Source of the DNA: Polyangiales bacterium
GTDB lineage: Bacteria; Myxococcota_A; Polyangia; Polyangiales; Houyiibacteriaceae
Direction of reading: 5' to 3'
DNA length: 64,000 nt
Assembly: GCA_045106895.1 (NCBI GenBank)
Contig: JBGCFM010000049.1
Span: 1-64,000 of the forward strand
In this document: one piece after another, positions 57,133 to 64,000 of the stretch
How positions within the stretch are numbered: the stretch's first letter is position 1
How the letters are laid out: each line of letters starts with the position of its first letter
Notes under the pieces: model-generated
Database searches by the model: none
Told to the model about the DNA's origin: nothing
The model's input: only the letters and a program-made list of their open reading frames with translations
Made by a program: the position numbers and the translations under genes

Positions 57133-58193
57133 TCGTGGCTCACAAGCCACTCGTGGAGCGTCGGCCAAACTTCGTCCGGTGCTCGCTCACCCATGATCAG
57201 GTCGAAGTGACCGTAGTCGTCGCGCTGACCGTACTCTTTGCCAAAGGCTCGCGCTTCTTGGGCATGGCGCGCTGAGGCTTCGGGGTCGCATTGGGGGTCA
57301 GCGCTTCCGGAGAGCGCCAGGGTGGGTGTCGCGCCGGGGAGTTCTTGCGCGAAGCTTCGCTCACCGTCGCGGAGGCCGCCTTTGCCGAAGCAGGTCGCCA
57401 GGTCGCGCAGGACTGGTGAGCTTACCGAGTGGAGACCCACGGCGGTGAGACGCCGGTAGAGTTCGCGGTCGACGTTGGAGTGGTGAACGTTGACGGCGTC
57501 GATGGCGTTGGGAACGGCGAGGGCGACGGGCGCCATCGCGGCGGCGAGGGCGCCGAGGGGAACGGAGGACATCAGGCGAGTCAGGGGGAGGGCGCGGCTC
57601 ACGCCGTGGAAGACGCTCGGCGTTCCGCTGTAGTCGATGGCGGACGCGATGGTCGTCATGGAGCGGAAACGTGTCTCGCCGCCGGCAAGACGCGCGAGGC
57701 CTGCGATGCCGCCCATGCTGTGACCGACCCAATGCACTTCATTCGCGCCCAGAGCGTCGTGGAGCGCTTCGAGTGCCGCAGGCAGGTCGCGATTGGCGTA
57801 GTCGAAGAGCCCCCAGCCATAGCGGAGTCCCCCTTGGCCGGCCTTCTGGCTCCGTCCGTGACCACGAAACTCCAGACAGTAGACGTCAAAGCCGAGCTCA
57901 CTGAGCCAGCGCGCGAGGCTCGTTTGTGGGGAGAGATCCCACGAGAAACGATTGGCACCGAGGCCATGGCACAAGATGACGGGGTGGCGCCGTGATGGGC
58001 GTCGTCCGTAGCGCGTGAGGGCGACCTCCACTTGGTCTTCGGTGGTGGCGAAGAGCACGCTTCGAGCGCGCTCCGCGGCGTTCCAGCGGGCGAGGTGTCG
58101 AAGGCGTCCTCGGCTTAGCCAACGGTTCATTCGCCGGCCGCGGGCAAACACGCTGCCCTCGTCGTCGCCGTTGCTCAAAGTGTGCAGCGTCAT
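57129..58193 (-). CDS. Alpha/beta hydrolase (lipase/esterase-like)
   Basis: HGLG, RGHG, GHSMGG, SADPQC, YGHFDL. Confidence 0.88.
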   Translation of the reverse strand: MTLHTLSNGDDEGSVFARGRRMNRWLSRGRLRHLARWNAAERARSVLFATTEDQVEVALTRYGRRPSRRHPVILCHGLGANRFSWDLSPQTSLARWLSELGFDVYCLEFRGHGRSQKAGQGGLRYGWGLFDYANRDLPAALEALHDALGANEVHWVGHSMGGIAGLARLAGGETRFRSMTTIASAIDYSGTPSVFHGVSRALPLTRLMSSVPLGALAAAMAPVALAVPNAIDAVNVHHSNVDRELYRRLTAVGLHSVSSPVLRDLATCFGKGGLRDGERSFAQELPGATPTLALSGSADPQCDPEASARHAQEARAFGKEYGQRDDYGHFDLIMGERAPDEVWPTLHEWLVSHD

Positions 58194-58456
58194 GCGCGCT
58201 CTTTCCGGAGATGTGCGCGAAGCGCATCGATAACGGGAGGGGGCGCGTCCATCGGCGCGCCATCACGCTCGAAGGCCTGGGCGGTCTGCGTGACTTCGTT
58301 TTGAGCGCCGCCATCGGCATACTCGTGGGACCAGGAGTACCAGCGGAGGGAGTCGCCACGCGCCTCGACGGCGTGGTAGCCACCGACCTCGCCGGAGTTC
58401 CAGCGCCATGTCTTGGAAGGCTGGTTTAGGAAAGCTTTTAGGGCGTCGCGGTTCAC
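58190..58456 (-). CDS. Small hypothetical protein
   Basis: ATGA coupling to the hydrolase, Trp-rich globular sequence. Confidence 0.55.
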   Translation of the reverse strand: MNRDALKAFLNQPSKTWRWNSGEVGGYHAVEARGDSLRWYSWSHEYADGGAQNEVTQTAQAFERDGAPMDAPPPVIDALRAHLRKERA

Positions 58457-58484
58457 GCTCGTGTGGCCCCTGAAGTCTTATCCC

Positions 58485-59510
58485 TCACGGAGAAACCTCA
58501 GCTGGCTCCGTTTGTTCCGTCTGTTCCGTCTGCGCGGCGTTGGCGCTTCGATCGGCGAGGGTCTCGGTGGCGATCCAGCCCACGTGCGCCGCAAAGGCAA
58601 GGCAAAGAAGGAGGCCACCTAGTCGGCCGACACGGCCCCGCTTGGGCGCGAGGGCGAGGAGCCAGAAGAGCGCCAGCACCCCCATCATCACGGGGCCGTC
58701 GCGCGTCAGGACGCTCTCTTCGACGGGGCCGGGATGAATCAGGCCAGGCAGGCCCAGGACGCCGAGCGTGTTGAAGAGGTTTGAGCCGATGATGTTGCCA
58801 ACGGCGATGTCGTGTTCGTTGCGCCGCGCCGCGACGACGGTCGCCGCGAGCTCAGGAAGGCTCGTGCCGAAGGCGACGACGGTGAGGCCGATGACCGACG
58901 ACTCGACGCCGGCGTACTCTGCGACGAAGACGGCGCCATCGACGAGAATCTTGGCGCCGACCAAGAGGACTGCGAGCCCGGTCGCGAGCCACACGAGGGC
59001 ACGCTTCGTCGTCATGTCTTCCGGGAGGTCTTCGAGGCCCTCGGGCTCAGCCTTCTCCTTGATGCCCTGACGCACCACGAGGCCGATCATCAAGAAAAGA
59101 CCGCCGAGCAAGAGTCCGCCATCGAGGCGGTTCAGGTCGCCGTCGAGGAGGAGGAGCATCGTGAGCCCCATCACCCCCAGAAGGATCGGCGTGTCGATGG
59201 CCATCACCTTTCGATGGACCGTCAAGGGTCGAACGATGGTCGCGATTCCGAGAACGAGCGCGACGTTCGTGATGTTGGAACCGAGGGCGTTTCCGACGCT
59301 CATGCCGGGGGCGCCTTCGAGGGCGGCGAGGCTCGAAACCAGTAGCTCAGGCGCCGAGGTGCCGAAACCGACGATGGTCAGGCCGATCACCAGCGGCGAA
59401 ACCCCGAAGCCCTTTGCGCAGCCGGCGGCGCCAAGGACAAAGCGGTCCGCGCCCCAGACGAGCATGACGAATCCAGCCAAAATGGCCGCTATGGGAAGAA
59501 TAAGCTCCAG
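58485..59510 (-). CDS. Calcium/sodium antiporter (YrbG, CaCA family)
   Basis: GTSAPEL and GTSLPEL alpha repeats, GNALGSNI / GNIIGSN. Start is either TTG 59480 or CTG 59510. Confidence 0.9.
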   Translation of the reverse strand: MELILPIAAILAGFVMLVWGADRFVLGAAGCAKGFGVSPLVIGLTIVGFGTSAPELLVSSLAALEGAPGMSVGNALGSNITNVALVLGIATIVRPLTVHRKVMAIDTPILLGVMGLTMLLLLDGDLNRLDGGLLLGGLFLMIGLVVRQGIKEKAEPEGLEDLPEDMTTKRALVWLATGLAVLLVGAKILVDGAVFVAEYAGVESSVIGLTVVAFGTSLPELAATVVAARRNEHDIAVGNIIGSNLFNTLGVLGLPGLIHPGPVEESVLTRDGPVMMGVLALFWLLALAPKRGRVGRLGGLLLCLAFAAHVGWIATETLADRSANAAQTEQTEQTEPAEVSP

Positions 59511-59539
59511 AATTCTAGGTCCGCGCTAGTGAGTACACG

Positions 59540-60814
59540 CTAGGAAGCGGTGACTTTGAGCCAGAGATAGCAAAGCGCAAACGCTCCTTGGATGGCCACC
59601 CCGGCGAGGCTCGCTTGGAGAAGGCGCTTTGAGGGCCGGCCTTCGCCATGAAAAGGCGTCTGAGTCATGGCTCGGTGGTTGAGGAGCGAGAGGATAGGCG
59701 CTGTCAGAAAGCTCAGCGTCGTGGCTAGATCGACCATGGCTTTGAGGGATGAGAGGGCAAAGGCCAGAACGCCCAGGCTTCCACACGCCAGTAGCAACAT
59801 GGCGATCCAGTAGGCGCGGCGGCTCTTCGCGCCCTCGGTGCGCTCCTCAAAGGGGGTCTCCGGCTCAGCAAAGCGCTCGACGAGAACCGAAAGTGCCCGG
59901 GGGAATCCATCGAGCACCGTCAACGTGGTGGAGAACATCACCAGGAGCGCCGCCGTCGCGATAAGGGGCCGGCTCCATCCGCCCAAGGTGTCCGCATAGA
60001 GCTGGACGAGTTGCGCGCCGAAGGCACCAGCTCCGCCCTCCAGCTCCTGTCCGCTCAAGACCGCCGCGCCAAGAATCACGAAGCAGAGCGCAAGCATCAC
60101 CGTGCCGCCATACCCGATGTGGAAGTCGAGCATGCTGTCGCGGTAGGAGAGAGTGCCGCGTTCTTTGGCTTTCGCGAGGGTCCACAAGGACTGCCAAACG
60201 GACACGTCGATGGCGCTGGGCATCCACCCGATGAGCGCCGCGACGAAGAGCACATCGGGGACCGACCAAGCGCCGAAGTCCGGCCAGAGCGAGACGTCGC
60301 TGAGTTTCGGCACCGCCATGATCGTCGCCATGAGCGTCGCCACGGTGAAGATGGCCACGGCGACTTTGGTGACGCGGTCGAGCCACTTGTATTGGCCGAC
60401 GCCGAGGAGCGCGCCGCAGAAGACGAGAAGCGCCGCGCTGGCGATGATGGGCGAGACGCTAAGCCCCGTGATGTGGATCAGCAGCCCGGCGGTGACGACG
60501 GTGACGGCTGCTTGCACCGTCCACATGGTGGCGAGCGTCAGCAGCAAATAGAGGACGAGGGCCGGGCGCCCCTGGCGTCGATACCCTTCCAAGAGGGACA
60601 CGCCGCTTGCTGATGCGTAGTGCGCGCCGAAACGGAAGGCCGGGTACTTCACGAGGTTCGCCACGAGCACGAAGGCGACGAGGGAGAGGCCGTACGTAGC
60701 ACCGGCGCGTGTCGATTGCACCAGGTGGCTGACACCCACCGCCGCACCCGCGAAGATGAGACCCGGGCCAAGGGCTGCCAATAACGAACGGCGGGCGGGT
60801 GGAGTGACGCTCAT
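59540..60814 (-). CDS. NRAMP-like (APC superfamily) transporter
   Basis: GPGLIFAGAAVGVSHLVQSTRAGA, GWMP, MFSTTLTVLDG, about 11 TM segments. Confidence 0.82.
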   Translation of the reverse strand: MSVTPPARRSLLAALGPGLIFAGAAVGVSHLVQSTRAGATYGLSLVAFVLVANLVKYPAFRFGAHYASASGVSLLEGYRRQGRPALVLYLLLTLATMWTVQAAVTVVTAGLLIHITGLSVSPIIASAALLVFCGALLGVGQYKWLDRVTKVAVAIFTVATLMATIMAVPKLSDVSLWPDFGAWSVPDVLFVAALIGWMPSAIDVSVWQSLWTLAKAKERGTLSYRDSMLDFHIGYGGTVMLALCFVILGAAVLSGQELEGGAGAFGAQLVQLYADTLGGWSRPLIATAALLVMFSTTLTVLDGFPRALSVLVERFAEPETPFEERTEGAKSRRAYWIAMLLLACGSLGVLAFALSSLKAMVDLATTLSFLTAPILSLLNHRAMTQTPFHGEGRPSKRLLQASLAGVAIQGAFALCYLWLKVTAS

Positions 60815-60872
60815 GTTCGTGTCCTCGGCGGTCGAACGTGCACTTGAGCGCGCGGACGAAAACGAGGTGACG

Positions 60873-61457
60873 TCATCGTCGCTTGATGCCGGGGCCGGTG
60901 ATCTCGTCCCATGAAGGGAGCTCGCCGTTGGGACCCACGCTCACGACGCGCTGCCGGATCACGACGCGCGTGACGTGAGACGTTTCGGAAACGCGGAGTC
61001 GGCTGCCGAGGCCTGTCGCGAACACGGCCGCGCCTCCGATCTCCGGAAAGGGGTGGCTCACCTCGACAATGAGCCCAGACTCATTACGGCGTTGGCCGCC
61101 GACGAGTCGCGCGCCGAGGCTGGCGTGCTCCGTGTTGACGACGCCGTCGTTGCGGTTTCGAACCTCGATGCATTTCAAGTCTGGACCGAGCCCGTAGATG
61201 CGGTTTCGCGTCCAGAGTTCGACGGCGACCCAAGGGCCGTCGAGGAGCCCGGGCTCGCCTACCTCGCGGCGAACGTCGATGTCGACGGGAGCGCCGCTGG
61301 GCGTGCTCGCTCGGCTTGGCGTCGCCGGCGCGGGGGGGATTGCGGCCCCCGCCAAGGGAGAAGCGGGCGAACGGCTCTGCGCCACCGGTCCTTCCAGCGC
61401 TTGGCGTTCCGGGCTGTCGGGGTCGCGAAAGCCGTGTTTGGTGTCCCGTTTTGGCAC
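60873..61457 (-). CDS. Hypothetical protein
   Basis: GTG start 10 nt after the upstream stop. Pro-rich N-terminus, then a beta-rich domain (ELWTRNRIY...LGARLVGGQ...ETS). Confidence 0.6.
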   Translation of the reverse strand: MPKRDTKHGFRDPDSPERQALEGPVAQSRSPASPLAGAAIPPAPATPSRASTPSGAPVDIDVRREVGEPGLLDGPWVAVELWTRNRIYGLGPDLKCIEVRNRNDGVVNTEHASLGARLVGGQRRNESGLIVEVSHPFPEIGGAAVFATGLGSRLRVSETSHVTRVVIRQRVVSVGPNGELPSWDEITGPGIKRR

Positions 61458-61467
61458 GGCCGCTACC

Positions 61468-62063
61468 CTAGCACTCTCGGGCGCAGCGCCGAAGCACCAG
61501 CATGAAGTTGTTCGCGGGCATCGCGACCCGTTCCTCGAGCTCCAGACCGTGCGCGCGGGCCATCGTTTCGAGATCTTCGACGGAGCGAAGGCCCCAAGCC
61601 GGGTTTCGACTCCGCAGCGACGCATCGAAACGCGCGTTGCTCTCGGCCGTATGCTCTCCGTCGACGAGGTAGGGCCCATACGTGATCAGAGGCGCGTGGG
61701 CAGGGAGCAGCATGGCGGCGCCCTTCATGAGCGCCTCGCTCGCTTCGATGGGCGAGATATGAATCATGTTGGCGCATAGAACGGCGTCCGCCTGGGTCAC
61801 GGGCCAGGGCTCGCGCACATCGAGGCGAAGGGGCGGCAGCATGTTTGCGGGGCCTTCGTTTTGCCACGCGCGAATGCTCGCAAGGTTCTCTTCGTCCAGG
61901 TCCGTCGCTTGCCAAGTCCAGGTCGGCACCGCGCTCGCGAAAGCGTGGGCGTGCTGCCCGGAGCCGCTGGCGATCTCCACGACGCGTGCTTCATGAGGGA
62001 GTACCCGCTGGAGCACCCCAAGGATCGCATCGCGGTTTCGTTCCGGCGCCGGCCAAACTTTCT

Positions 62064-62067
<4 letters not shown>
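61468..62067 (-). CDS. DUF938 family SAM-dependent methyltransferase
   Basis: PAPERNRDAI, EIASGSGQH, NMIHI, YGPY, SNARFDASLR, MPANN. Confidence 0.9.
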
Positions 62068-63725
<1,658 letters not shown>

Positions 63726-63764
63726 AGCGTCAGAGTTCACCACAGGGGCCGGAGGAGAGCAATC

Positions 63765-64000
63765 GTGGCGCTCTACGCGCTGCTCGTCTGCTCTGCGTGC
63801 GCCGCGCCTAGGGCGAGCGTTGAATCGCAGCCCACGACGCCGGCGCCGCAAGAGACCACCGAGGCGAGGCCCCCACACGTGGAGGTCGAGGTGCCACTAG
63901 CGCCGCCGGAGCCGCCGGCACGAGCGCCGCTCCCGCGTGAGACGAAGCGCCCAGCACTCGCCCTCGGCGCACAACACAGCTGTCTCCTCAGCGCCCAGGG
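63765..64000 (+). CDS. Lipoprotein with RCC1-like repeat (3' truncated by window edge)
   Basis: GGAGGA RBS, GTG start, VALYALLVCSAC lipobox, Pro-rich linker, then LALGAQHSCLLSAQG. Confidence 0.65.
   Translation, partial: MALYALLVCSACAAPRASVESQPTTPAPQETTEARPPHVEVEVPLAPPEPPARAPLPRETKRPALALGAQHSCLLSAQ

Overview
High-GC bacterial chromosomal segment, almost certainly Myxococcota and most like Polyangia/Sandaracinaceae-type myxobacteria. This rests on several MYXO-CTERM-like sorting tails, GltJ/AgmX-like proteins, DUF4215/fibro-slime, DUF2330 and an MXAN_5187-like protein. It holds about 55 CDS that mix housekeeping genes (pyk, pssA, fmt, def, priA, tsaD, hutH, leucine dehydrogenase, PduO-type adenosyltransferase) with many surface, secreted and signalling proteins. 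There is also a tRNA-Gly(CCC), a 6S RNA with its own sigma70 promoter and terminator, and a stand-alone C-A-PCP-TE NRPS. The most notable items are: (i) an orphan type III export-switch gene (sctU/flhB-like) plus two small SctX/SctY-like genes, translationally coupled into priA with no other T3SS genes in the window; (ii) a CPBP intramembrane protease (candidate myxosortase) coupled to a MYXO-CTERM-like protein; (iii) an orphan duplicate of a MYXO-CTERM tail just downstream of its parent gene; (iv) a c-di-GMP/gliding-type signalling cluster; (v) eukaryote-like C2+PDZ and LIM-like zinc-finger proteins; (vi) tandem doubly anchored S1 proteases. I saw no integrase, transposase or CRISPR array. 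All assignments are from motif recognition by eye, with no database search.
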